The position numbers and the translations under genes are program-made. Source: a virus (taxonomy: Duplodnaviria > Caudoviricetes). From it: a DNA stretch of 35,316 bases. The notes below the pieces were generated by a model. That model did no database searches and was not told where the DNA came from. It worked only from the letters and a program-made list of their open reading frames with translations. The stretch is taken from IMG/VR virus record IMGVR_UViG_3300032257_000069, positions 1 through 35,316 of that record. One strand, 5' to 3'. Shown piece after piece: positions 26,160-35,316 of the stretch (its first letter is position 1; every line of letters starts with the position of its first letter).

Positions 26160-29100
26160 TCCTTATCAGGCCGCGAATGCGCAATCACAGGCAGATCGTG
26201 CAGCCGTGCGCGAAAGCACTGCGGTCAATCGCTACAATGTCGTAGGGCCGTGGGGTTCCGTCAAATGGGAAGGCGGGCGCGGTTTCGCGCCACCCGGCAC
26301 CTATACAGGCGGCGGCAATGGTGGCGGCGGCAATGGTGGCACTACGCCTGATCCGAACGTGCCGCGCATTCCCGATGAAAGCCGGGGCGTGGATTACAAT
26401 CCCGGCAACTATGATCCGAACTATTTCAACGGCGGTTCTCCCGGTGGCAATGGTGGGCATGGCAATGGTGGCAATGGCGGGAATGATCCGAACATTGGCA
26501 TCATGCACCAGCCGCCTGCGACTTCATCACGCGATGGAAGCGCTGGGATCGACCGCGCTGCAGTGATGCCCCAGACAGGCGGCGGATCGCCACAGCAACA
26601 GGGCCAGTTTTTCGGGTCTGCAGTGATGCCCCAGACGGGCGGCGCATCGCCACAGCAAAAGGGCCAGCTTTCTGCGCCAACAGTGATGCCCCAGACCAGT
26701 GCCGACCAGCCAGTGACGAGTGGCGAACAGCCCTATCCAAACATCACGGATGGCGCGGGCAATATGACAGAGTGGGACTATCGCCGGGAAAACCAGAACA
26801 ACCCGAACTATAACCCCTATCTGGACCCTAACAGCGATCACTTCATCAATGCCGGTGATCCGCTCCACAACATGACGCAAGTGATCACGCTGAACGATCA
26901 GCAACAGCGCATCTATGATCAGCAGAACAACATCAGCGAACGCCTTGGCAATCATGTCGGCGGGCTGATGGATCAGCTTCCACAGGGCGCGCTGAACTTC
27001 GATGGCCTGACCCAGACCCGCAGCGGGCTGGACACATCGATATTGCCGCGCGTGCGCGGCGCTGAATGGCAGACCGGCCTGAACGATGTCGGCCAGATGC
27101 AGAATATGCGTTCACCAGGTCAACTTCGAAACGGGGTGTCACCTGCTGCGATAAATGCAGGATCAAACAGTTTCTGGGGCGATGTTGACCGATCAAAAGT
27201 TCAACAGCCGGGGCAGTTCTTTGGCCAGAACACGACGATCAACACAGGCGATGCCAGTGGCGAACGCGCGTTCAACACGCTGCAGAACAACGCAGGCGGC
27301 ATTGACACCCAGCAGCAGGCGGCTGGCCAGTATGGTGCAGTGCAGGGCGCTGGTGCAGGCATCGACGCGCGACAGCAGGCGGCTGGCCAGTATGGCGCAG
27401 TGCAGGGCGCTGGTGCAGGCATCCAGCAGGGCATCAACGCTGCGGGTGTGGGCAACACGTCCGTTCAGGGCGCTGGGGCGATCAACCGTGCAACACCGAG
27501 CGGTGCGCCACAGCTTCAAGATCAACTGAACACCTCGAACTTGCCGGGTCTGAACACTGACTTTTCTGCAGAACGCGACCGCGTTGAAAAGGCGACTTTC
27601 GACCGGGCCAACAGCCTGATGACACCGCAGTTCGAACAGCAGCGTGACGATCTGATTGCAGACCTTCGCAATCGCGGGCTTCCCCTGAATGGCGAACAGG
27701 CGATGGACGAACTGAACCGGCTGGACCGGATGCAGGGCGAACAGCGCGACCGCCTGTCACAGTCAGCGATCCAAGCAGGCGGCGCTGAACACTCGCGTCT
27801 GTTTGGCATGTCGAGCGCAGCACGCGGGCAGATGTTCAATGAAGCCAGCACTGGTGGAACCTTCGCAAACACAGCCGCGCTGCAGCAGTTTGGCGCGGGT
27901 CTGGACAGTTCAGCGTTCGGAAACCAAGCACAGGAACAGGCGTTCAGGCAGGGTCTGGACAACGCGCGACTGGGCAACAGCGAACAGCAGGCCGCATTTG
28001 AACGCCAACTGGCCTCTGGCCAGTTCGGCAATCAGGCACAAGCGCAGTTCTTTGGCCAGAAACTTGCAGCGCAGAACCAGTCCAATGAAGCGCAGCAGTC
28101 TGGTTTCCAGAACCGGATGGCATCGCAGCAAGCGGGCAATCAGGCGCAGGCGCAACGGTTTGGCCAGCAGCTTGCTGCGCAGGGCCAGTCCAACGACGCG
28201 CAGCAGTCCAGTTTTCAGAACCGGCTGGCATCACAGCAAGCGGGCAATCAGGCGCTGGGGCAACAGTTTGGCCAGAACCTGCAGGCATCCCAGTATGGCA
28301 ACCAGACGACAGGTCAAAACAACCAGACCAATCTGGACTATATGCGCCAGAACGATGCACGCAGGCAGGCCGCATTCGATCAGCGCTACCAGAACACCGA
28401 CCAGCGCGAACGTGCGATGCAGGATCGCTTTGGAATGGACCTGCAGGGCCGCGAATACGGCATCAACGCCGCACAGGCTGCGCAGGGTCTGAACCAAGAC
28501 GCGATGGGCTTCAACAACCAGTGGAACCAGCAGGGCTTCCAGAACCGGATGGATCAGGCCGGATTGTTCAATGACGCCAACAGCCGCCAGTTCGCGCAAG
28601 AAATGGCTGCGACACAGATGAACAACCAGACCCAGAACCAGCGGTTCAGCCAAGACCTGCAGCGTGCCAACTTTGGCAACCAAGCCCGCATGGGGCAGAT
28701 GGGTGCAGATCAGGCATCGCGCGAAGCGATCATGGCGGAATATCTCACAGATGCGCAGCTTCGATCTGCAGACCGTTCACGCGGGATGCAGGAGCGCATG
28801 ACACTGCGCGCCAACCCGTTCAATGAAGCCTCTGCGATCATCCAAGGTGCGCCATCGATGCAGATGCCATCACCGATGCAAGCGCCTGCAGTGAACATGC
28901 AGGGGCCGAACATCAGCGGTATGATCTACCAGTCAAACGCGATTGCGCAGCAGCAGGCACAACAGCAGGCCGCAGCACACAATGCGGGCATGTCCGCGTT
29001 CGGCAACATGGCCGGTTCGCTGGGGTCCGCAATGATCATGTCCGACCCTGCCACGAAATATGATGTGGGTGCGCCCACGCGCATTCTTGATGCGGTGAAG

Positions 29101-29367
29101 CGCCTGAAAATCATGTCGTGGCGATATAAGCCAGAACACGGAATGGGCGATCAACTGCGCATGGGGCCGATGGCCGACGACTGGGCCGACAAGTTTGGCG
29201 GGGATGGCCACACCATTGACGGTCCAACGGCGATTGGCGTGTGTCTGCAGTCCATTCAGGACGTGTCTGCAGAAGTCGATAAACTGGCGCAATCCATCCA
29301 CCAGGTATTTGCTGAAATCGGGGCGCTTCGCCGCGATGCCGTGATGAAGGAGGCCCGCAGTGTTTAA
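26122..29367 (+). CDS. Ejection/pilot-like protein (1081 aa), Q/N/G-rich, with C-terminal peptidase S74-like chaperone domain
   Basis: MGK..P..P..PDP...A.AQ N-terminus and 18-residue repeats. C-terminal SD...K...L....WRYK...GPMA.D...IG.....IQ pattern. Confidence 0.75.
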   Translation: MGKKSPSAPPPPDPYQAANAQSQADRAAVRESTAVNRYNVVGPWGSVKWEGGRGFAPPGTYTGGGNGGGGNGGTTPDPNVPRIPDESRGVDYNPGNYDPNYFNGGSPGGNGGHGNGGNGGNDPNIGIMHQPPATSSRDGSAGIDRAAVMPQTGGGSPQQQGQFFGSAVMPQTGGASPQQKGQLSAPTVMPQTSADQPVTSGEQPYPNITDGAGNMTEWDYRRENQNNPNYNPYLDPNSDHFINAGDPLHNMTQVITLNDQQQRIYDQQNNISERLGNHVGGLMDQLPQGALNFDGLTQTRSGLDTSILPRVRGAEWQTGLNDVGQMQNMRSPGQLRNGVSPAAINAGSNSFWGDVDRSKVQQPGQFFGQNTTINTGDASGERAFNTLQNNAGGIDTQQQAAGQYGAVQGAGAGIDARQQAAGQYGAVQGAGAGIQQGINAAGVGNTSVQGAGAINRATPSGAPQLQDQLNTSNLPGLNTDFSAERDRVEKATFDRANSLMTPQFEQQRDDLIADLRNRGLPLNGEQAMDELNRLDRMQGEQRDRLSQSAIQAGGAEHSRLFGMSSAARGQMFNEASTGGTFANTAALQQFGAGLDSSAFGNQAQEQAFRQGLDNARLGNSEQQAAFERQLASGQFGNQAQAQFFGQKLAAQNQSNEAQQSGFQNRMASQQAGNQAQAQRFGQQLAAQGQSNDAQQSSFQNRLASQQAGNQALGQQFGQNLQASQYGNQTTGQNNQTNLDYMRQNDARRQAAFDQRYQNTDQRERAMQDRFGMDLQGREYGINAAQAAQGLNQDAMGFNNQWNQQGFQNRMDQAGLFNDANSRQFAQEMAATQMNNQTQNQRFSQDLQRANFGNQARMGQMGADQASREAIMAEYLTDAQLRSADRSRGMQERMTLRANPFNEASAIIQGAPSMQMPSPMQAPAVNMQGPNISGMIYQSNAIAQQQAQQQAAAHNAGMSAFGNMAGSLGSAMIMSDPATKYDVGAPTRILDAVKRLKIMSWRYKPEHGMGDQLRMGPMADDWADKFGGDGHTIDGPTAIGVCLQSIQDVSAEVDKLAQSIHQVFAEIGALRRDAVMKEARSV
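26558..26700 (+). repeat. About 2.4 copies of a 60-bp coding tandem repeat (AVMPQTGG.SPQQ.GQ)
   Basis: CAGTGATGCCCCAGAC at 26561, 26621 and 26681. Confidence 0.85.
27298..27423 (+). repeat. Two copies of a 60-bp coding tandem repeat (GID..QQAAGQYGAVQGAGA)
   Basis: Near-identical consecutive 60-mers. Confidence 0.9.
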
Positions 29368-30427
29368 CCCGTATCTGATCAACCCGGCGATTGCCCAAGC
29401 CGGGATGCAGCAACAGGGCATGGGCTTCCAGCCGGTGCAGGCGACACAATCAGCCAGCCCGCAATCACCCGCAGGCGATATGATGGGCCAGCGCGACTTT
29501 GCGGCACAGCAGGCACTGGCAGAAGCCATGATGCAGCGCGGTGCCAATGCACCGCCCGCACAGTCCAATCTGGAAGGCTTGTCAAATATCGGTTCACAGA
29601 TCGCAGGCGCGCTGATTGCACGCGGTGCGCAGCGCAGTGAAGCGAAGCAACAGGCGCTGGGTGATCAACTGATCAGTTCGGCAATGGCGATGGATGCCGA
29701 CAGTCCAAAGCGTGACAGCGCATTGCTGTCAGCCGCACAGCGCGGTGGGCGCGACGACATCGCCAACGCCCTGATTGAACGCGAACTGAACCGCACCCCT
29801 GCTGAATGGGCATCCATGACATCAGACGAAATGGCTGAACGCGGTTTCGCACCCGGCACCGCAGCCAGCCGCAACAACCGCACTGGCCAGATCGATGTGC
29901 ATCAACAGCCGCCGCGCCCCGGTCGCGGATCACGCCGCCAGTCCAGCAGGGACGCCAATGGCATTCTTAGGTGGGTGGACAATGGCGAGCCAGTGCCGGG
30001 TTTCGAAACACCGCGCAGTGATCGTTCAGGCCGCGCAACGAGTGAAGGCGGTCTGCGCGCTGACATTCAGGCACGCTATCTGGCCGGGGAACCGCTCAAC
30101 AACCGAGAACTGGAATATCTGAACGCAGGACAGGATGAAGGCGCATACGGTCTGGACGCTGCAGGCGGGCAAGCTGACAGGTACGAAAACGCCGCGGTTC
30201 CGAGTGGATGGACGCCGCAGGAGCAAAACGCCCTGTCCAGTGATCCAGAGCGCGGTGTAAACCGGGCCTATCCAGTTCATTCCAGCGCAGATGATGTGGA
30301 AGCCGTTCTGAACGGGCCGCTCAATCTGGACGAACTGCCAGACGATGCAGCCCGCCAGCGTGCCGTGGATCGACTTCCCCCCGGTTCATGGGTCTGGTTC
30401 GAAGGCCAAATGCAGCGGATCAACTAG
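29360..30427 (+). CDS. Second ejection/internal virion protein (355 aa)
   Basis: AAGGAGG RBS before GTG; A/Q/R/G-rich; position between ejection genes. Confidence 0.65.
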   Translation: MFNPYLINPAIAQAGMQQQGMGFQPVQATQSASPQSPAGDMMGQRDFAAQQALAEAMMQRGANAPPAQSNLEGLSNIGSQIAGALIARGAQRSEAKQQALGDQLISSAMAMDADSPKRDSALLSAAQRGGRDDIANALIERELNRTPAEWASMTSDEMAERGFAPGTAASRNNRTGQIDVHQQPPRPGRGSRRQSSRDANGILRWVDNGEPVPGFETPRSDRSGRATSEGGLRADIQARYLAGEPLNNRELEYLNAGQDEGAYGLDAAGGQADRYENAAVPSGWTPQEQNALSSDPERGVNRAYPVHSSADDVEAVLNGPLNLDELPDDAARQRAVDRLPPGSWVWFEGQMQRIN

Positions 30428-30439
30428 GAGCGCAACACT

Positions 30440-33400
30440 GTGCGGCGACATCTTCAAAACACCACAGCCCTGAACTTTCGTTCGCGGCTGGTGCCAGTCG
30501 GCGGCGATCCGGCGCGAGAGGAAGAAGCCCCTCAAACGCCCGCACAGCCGCGTTTCAGTTTTCGGGATCGTCTGACGCCTTACACACCGCCCGCCGCGCC
30601 TGATGCCTCACCAGCGCCGCCGCGTGTGCGCCTTTCGCGTCCAGACGCGGCACCCGTTCCCGCGCCTGAAGCCGATCCGGCACCAGAAAGGCCGGCACCA
30701 GGTCCGACACGCCCACAATGGGAAACCCCAGAAGGTTCTGGCCCTGTCGGTTCTGGCTTCGACATGTTTGGCGCAGCGCGCCGCGAAGTGGGCCGCAGGC
30801 TCACCAATGCGTTCACGATGTCGGAAGAACGCCAAGCGCGCCATGACCGCGACAACCTTGCAGGACAGGAGCGCAGAACGCAGCGCGCCGACCGTCGCGC
30901 GAACTATCGAAACGCTGATGTCTATGATCGATCGATGCGCGCCATGCGGGAGGTGCAGCAGCAAAATCTGACCGCTGGGTTCCCGCTCACAGAAGATTTG
31001 GATGCGACAATCGCACGCGGTCGCAGCGATGCGCAGCGTGAACAGAACCGTTCGCACGGATTGCTGAATGAAGCGCGCCGGATCGTTCGCGGTGAACGCG
31101 AAGGCGCAACGCTGGGGCCGATTTATTCCGGCACTGCAGGCGCATTGGGACGCGCGTTTGAAGTGCCAGCGCAGGTTTCTGATGCCGTGGTTGCCCCGGT
31201 TGCGGGCCTGTTTACTGGACAAGCGCCATCCCAGACCGGCGCTGCGCGCTTCGCGGAAGATTGGCGCGAAGGCACGCGCGAACTGCTCCCAACTGATCCT
31301 GTCCGATCAGAGTTTCAGGAGTTCGGGCAAGCTGCAGGCGAAGGCATTGGCTCAACGGTTCCGTTTCTTGTCACTGCTGCGGCAACGGGCGGCAATCCTG
31401 TGGCGCTGGCCACGATGGGCGCGGTCCAAGGCGGTGCTGAAACTATCCGCGATGCGCAGGATCACGACGCGACTGGCGCGCAGGAATATCAGGCACTGTT
31501 GGCGGGGTATCTGGGCGGTGTCACCGAGGCCGCGCCATTTGCCCGGTTAATGCGCCGGGTGGACGCCGCCCGCAAGGCACATCGCCAAGGACGGGTGAAC
31601 TGGTCGCAGGTGATCCGCGACACGGCTGAACAGTCTGGTGAAGAAGGTTTTCAGGAAAGCATTCAGACCGCCATTCAGAACATCGCTGCAGATCAGATTG
31701 GCTATGATGAAGGCAGGCCGCTGGCGCAAGACATGGCGCAGGCCGCAGCGATTGGCGCGCTGACAGGCGGTCTGATGGGCGGGGGTGGCAGTGCAGCCGG
31801 TCAAGCCTTAACGCCCCCTGATCCAACTATCGATGAAATCACAGTCCCGCCATCGCCCGGTTCTGATGCCGCCGCGATCCTGAACGCTGCGCCATCTGGC
31901 CAGCCGCAGGAAATACCTGGTGGAAGCATTCAGCTACCCGATGCGTTCGATACGAGCCTGCAGGTGGACATCGATCCGCGCACCCGCGAAGCGCTGCAGG
32001 ACGTGACAGACCTGTATAAGCAACAGCGCGCTTTGGAGCGTTCAGAAGCCGCTCGCGCACGCCCTATCCTGTCATGGCTGCGCAGCGAAGGTGTCACGCC
32101 AACCGATCAAAACGCCAGCGATCTGCGCGCCATTCTGGACACAGGTGCGCTGGGGATATTCCGGCATGGTGGCAAGACTTTAGACGATATAGGTCTATCA
32201 GTAAGTGAACACCTGCCCGATCTGTTCCCGAATGGACGCCCTGCAGTCAATGAACTGTTGAACATGATCCAGCAGGAAGAAGGCAACCGCGCTGTTGGTG
32301 TCCAGTCCGACGAACTGCGCGAAGTCAACGACCTGATCAGCCTGTTCGAGCGCGAAGGGTTCGATCTGGGCGGTGACGCACTCGCCAATATCGATGTGAT
32401 CCGGCGCATCCAACTGCGCGAAAGTCTTGAGCCGGTCCAGCCAGATGCCGCCCCTGAACAAAATCCTCAACTTCCCCAAGGGGAACTTGAGACACACCAG
32501 CAACAGGACCGCGCCAGCGATCCAGTCGCAGACCTGAATGCGCGCATGGATGAACTGCAGGTGCAGGCAGATCAGGGAAGCGAGGCGGCACTAGAACAGC
32601 TTGATGCACTGGCCAGCCAACTGGAAAGCGCGGGCCTGAACAATGCCCCGATTATCGACGCACCCGCGATCTTGGCGAACGAAAACCGCCCCGGCTACAT
32701 CGCTGCAGAAGTGCGCAGGCAGATCAGCCAGTCTGAACAATCGGTCGAAGGTGCAGACGCGATCTTTCAGGCGATCTGGAACAATGAGGCGCGCACTGAA
32801 AGCGAAGCCGCACTGGCGCAGGGCATCATCTATGCCGCCGCAGATCAGATCGAACACGAACAGGGCCGGTTTTTCGAGCCAGATAGCGCACTGGATGAAC
32901 TTCTGCTGGACCAACAGGGTCTGGGCCGACCGGCAACGCGAGTGTCAGAGGACATCAGGCGCTTGCCAGAAGATGACCTGTTCAGGCTGGGGCTTCCGCT
33001 GCAACAGCGCATGGATCGCGCACAGCAGGCGATGGACGAACTGACAGCAGGCAGGCCGCGCACAGACCTGTCACTGATGGAACAGGGCCAGCTTGAATAT
33101 TATGAACGCCGCCAGCGTTACTATTCGCAACTGCGCAATGACCAGCGCCGCGCGGTGATCATTGCCAATAGCCGCCCTGATGCCCGCGCTGGCGATCTGA
33201 CCTATTGGGACAGTCAGCGCCGGGAATGGACCGTGTGGAAGGTTCTGCCGTCACAGGAACAAGAAGGCAAATGGGCGGTGGCAAGCATTCACGCCAACCA
33301 CATTCTGCCAGACAGAGTTGATCTGTCGCTGGACAACTTCATTCGCTATGCCCCAGTGCGCGAACACTACAAGTTCGACACAGAGGAAGAAGCGCGCGAA

Positions 33401-35316
33401 GCGCTGAAAGACAATGGCCGCAACGGGTTCAATCCGGTGGGCTATGCGCAATCGACTGGATCGCCGCAGGCCGTGTTCGAGCCGCACGAATATGAAGAAC
33501 GTCTGGCGCTGGGTGATCCCGGTATGATGGCCGACGCAACCGCGCTGGTCCGCGAACGCTTCAAGGCACATGAAGCTGGCGAAGATCGTGATGTGTGGAA
33601 GTATGAGCCTACAAACCCGGCACCAGGTCCGCACAGTTTCGCGCGCAACATGGCCGCACAGCGCGGTGAAGATGTTTCACTAATCGATCTGCCAGACACG
33701 ACCGTTGCCGATGAAATCGCTGCAGAACGCCGCGCACGCGCACGCGGCGAAGGCAAGCCAGAACAGAAGCCAGTCGGATCAGATGGCGGTCTGTTCGACA
33801 CTGACGCACACAAGCAGGACGAACTATTCCACGCTGTCAGCGAAGCCACCCCGATCACCCGCGTTGACGAGATTGCAGGTGATGTGTCCGCGATGCTGTC
33901 TGATCTGGATTATGTCGGCAATGAAGAAGCCGGTTATCTGGGCGAACTGATGCAGGGCTATTTCAGCGCGCTGGGCAAAACTGATCCGTCCATCGATCCG
34001 GTCGATGCCTACCGGCGTCTGCTGCTGTCCATCATCCGTGACGAACCCGGCGCCCGGTATGGCGAACTGGCGCAGTTCATTGGCGAGCGTGGCGCAGACA
34101 ACATGATGCTGATGGCGCTGGGTGATGCGATGGCGCTGGAAAACAACGGCGCAGATGCTGAAACAATCGAGGCGAAAACAGGCTGGTTCCGCAACCCGCT
34201 GGATGGTTTCTGGCGTCATGAAATCAGCGATGCCGGTGCAACATGGCGCACTGATGCCGCTGGGGCGGTGCCTGCCAACTATAGAACCGCCAAACAGTTC
34301 ACTGTCGATGGCGCACTGGAACGTGTTCTGCGCCATCCAGACCTATATGCCGCCTATCCGTGGCTGCGCGATGTCCGCGTGATCATCCAGATCGATCCCA
34401 AAGCGCCAAACGGTAGCGAAGGCTATGCGCAAGTGCTGGGTAATGCGACCAAAGAAGGGCGCGGCGGTCGTATCGAAATGGACCACGCTGTTCGCTCGCC
34501 ATCAACGCTGATCAAGGTTCATGCGCGCACGATGAAAGATGCGCGATCTACGCTGCTGCACGAAATCCAACATCTGATCCAGTATGATGAAGGGTTCGCA
34601 ACCGGCGATGGACGAGAGTTCACACAGAAAAATCTCACGCGGGCATCACAGCAACTGCAGGTCACGCTGGACAACCTCAAGGCATCAGATGCCGGAATGG
34701 ATGCCCTGCATTCTGACTTCATGTCAGCGCTCTGGGCCGAACAGAAAACCCGCACACCCACGCCAATCTATAAATCGGCATTTATCGAAGCCATCGCTGC
34801 GCATGGCCGACATCTGGAAGCGGGCGAGAATGAAGCCAATGTGGCGTTTCACACCGCCCTGCGTCGATCTGCAGGCATCCGATCTGCCGCGATCCAGTAT
34901 GCCATCGATCAGGGCCATGATCCGAAGGAATACACCCAGCTAAGCGCTTTCGATGATGCCGTGGCTGACTTCTTTCAGTCGGTGCAGACATTCGTGGAAG
35001 AACATCACGCCTATGCCGATCTGCGCAAAAAGATCATGGACGGGGCGCGTGCGCACTGGCGCAACCTTCCCGGCCACATGTCTGCATTCCAAAGCTATCA
35101 ACTGTCTGCAGGCGAAATCGAGGCCCGCGCTACGGGTGGGCGCGATCCATCCCAGACCGGACTGGAAGCCATCGCCCATGAACTGAACATCGCGCAGGAA
35201 AACGCACGCGACCGCAGCCAGCATCCATTTGTGCGCCGATCCTTTACCGGCACACCGCAGCGCACTGATGGCGCAATGGTGCGGTTCGCAGATGGCAGTT
35301 ATGCGGTGATCGATAA
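30440..35316 (+). CDS. N-terminal part of giant polyvalent ejection protein (3,391 aa in total, ending at 5426); LPD23-like and metallopeptidase-like domains
   Basis: Manual translation from GTG 30440 (AGGAG RBS at 30426) shows no stop to the window end and is in frame with 3..5426. KTGWFRNPLDGFWRHEISD...HPDLYAAYP.L at about 34175-34370; STLLHEIQHLIQ..EGFA.G at 34559 and Y..SAGEIEAR. Missing from the ORF track. Confidence 0.88.
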   Translation, partial: MRRHLQNTTALNFRSRLVPVGGDPAREEEAPQTPAQPRFSFRDRLTPYTPPAAPDASPAPPRVRLSRPDAAPVPAPEADPAPERPAPGPTRPQWETPEGSGPVGSGFDMFGAARREVGRRLTNAFTMSEERQARHDRDNLAGQERRTQRADRRANYRNADVYDRSMRAMREVQQQNLTAGFPLTEDLDATIARGRSDAQREQNRSHGLLNEARRIVRGEREGATLGPIYSGTAGALGRAFEVPAQVSDAVVAPVAGLFTGQAPSQTGAARFAEDWREGTRELLPTDPVRSEFQEFGQAAGEGIGSTVPFLVTAAATGGNPVALATMGAVQGGAETIRDAQDHDATGAQEYQALLAGYLGGVTEAAPFARLMRRVDAARKAHRQGRVNWSQVIRDTAEQSGEEGFQESIQTAIQNIAADQIGYDEGRPLAQDMAQAAAIGALTGGLMGGGGSAAGQALTPPDPTIDEITVPPSPGSDAAAILNAAPSGQPQEIPGGSIQLPDAFDTSLQVDIDPRTREALQDVTDLYKQQRALERSEAARARPILSWLRSEGVTPTDQNASDLRAILDTGALGIFRHGGKTLDDIGLSVSEHLPDLFPNGRPAVNELLNMIQQEEGNRAVGVQSDELREVNDLISLFEREGFDLGGDALANIDVIRRIQLRESLEPVQPDAAPEQNPQLPQGELETHQQQDRASDPVADLNARMDELQVQADQGSEAALEQLDALASQLESAGLNNAPIIDAPAILANENRPGYIAAEVRRQISQSEQSVEGADAIFQAIWNNEARTESEAALAQGIIYAAADQIEHEQGRFFEPDSALDELLLDQQGLGRPATRVSEDIRRLPEDDLFRLGLPLQQRMDRAQQAMDELTAGRPRTDLSLMEQGQLEYYERRQRYYSQLRNDQRRAVIIANSRPDARAGDLTYWDSQRREWTVWKVLPSQEQEGKWAVASIHANHILPDRVDLSLDNFIRYAPVREHYKFDTEEEAREALKDNGRNGFNPVGYAQSTGSPQAVFEPHEYEERLALGDPGMMADATALVRERFKAHEAGEDRDVWKYEPTNPAPGPHSFARNMAAQRGEDVSLIDLPDTTVADEIAAERRARARGEGKPEQKPVGSDGGLFDTDAHKQDELFHAVSEATPITRVDEIAGDVSAMLSDLDYVGNEEAGYLGELMQGYFSALGKTDPSIDPVDAYRRLLLSIIRDEPGARYGELAQFIGERGADNMMLMALGDAMALENNGADAETIEAKTGWFRNPLDGFWRHEISDAGATWRTDAAGAVPANYRTAKQFTVDGALERVLRHPDLYAAYPWLRDVRVIIQIDPKAPNGSEGYAQVLGNATKEGRGGRIEMDHAVRSPSTLIKVHARTMKDARSTLLHEIQHLIQYDEGFATGDGREFTQKNLTRASQQLQVTLDNLKASDAGMDALHSDFMSALWAEQKTRTPTPIYKSAFIEAIAAHGRHLEAGENEANVAFHTALRRSAGIRSAAIQYAIDQGHDPKEYTQLSAFDDAVADFFQSVQTFVEEHHAYADLRKKIMDGARAHWRNLPGHMSAFQSYQLSAGEIEARATGGRDPSQTGLEAIAHELNIAQENARDRSQHPFVRRSFTGTPQRTDGAMVRFADGSYAVID
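35190..35316. repeat. Terminal direct repeat identical to 1-127
   Basis: Exact match. Confidence 0.95.

Noticed and set aside
26558-27423. 60-bp periodic repeats as a CRISPR array or DGR template/variable repeats
   Set aside because: They are in-frame coding duplications without unique spacers, and no cas or reverse transcriptase gene is present.
30425-30442. Stop-codon readthrough fusing ORF 29360 to the in-frame giant ORF
   Set aside because: The downstream gene has its own AGGAG RBS and GTG start, and other genes end normally in TAG, so there is no sign of recoding.
32863-32875. 13-bp match GGGCCGGTTTTTC to the 10630-10642 promoter region
   Set aside because: Several 13-mer matches are expected by chance in a genome of this size.
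30388-35224. Many short ORFs listed on both strands in this interval
   Set aside because: They are shadows of the single long + strand frame starting at 30440.
35190-35316. 127-bp terminal repeat as a biological terminal repeat or att site
   Set aside because: It falls mid-gene and its length matches a common assembler k-mer, so it is best read as a circularisation overlap.

Overview
The window is an apparently complete circular phage genome of 35,189 bp: bases 1-127 recur exactly at 35190-35316, as expected from an assembly overlap. It looks like a short-tailed (podovirus-like) phage, probably of an alphaproteobacterium. Every credible protein gene is on the + strand. Gene order: Cro-like and HTH regulators with small unknown ORFs (10.7-15.5 kb); terminase, portal, scaffold, capsid, adaptor, nozzle and GNAT (15.6-26.2 kb); three ejection-type proteins, the last a 3,391-aa polyvalent protein spanning the contig break; tail fibre; lysis cassette. 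I recognise no replication initiator, helicase, primase, polymerase, SSB, recombinase, integrase, partition protein or divergent CI repressor. The most interesting signals are non-coding. (1) An AT-rich spacer at about 8.2-8.4 kb resembles a bacterial oriC, with clustered DnaA boxes, a tandem-box/GC-spacer/trio unwinding module and a CtrA-like site. (2) A predicted leftward small RNA lies where a lambdoid cI gene would be. (3) A second predicted small RNA is nearly perfectly antisense to the leader of ORF 11642 and partly to that of ORF 22795. (4) An exact 33-bp repeat is shared by two unrelated genes. All protein calls come from motif recognition and synteny by eye; no searches were run.
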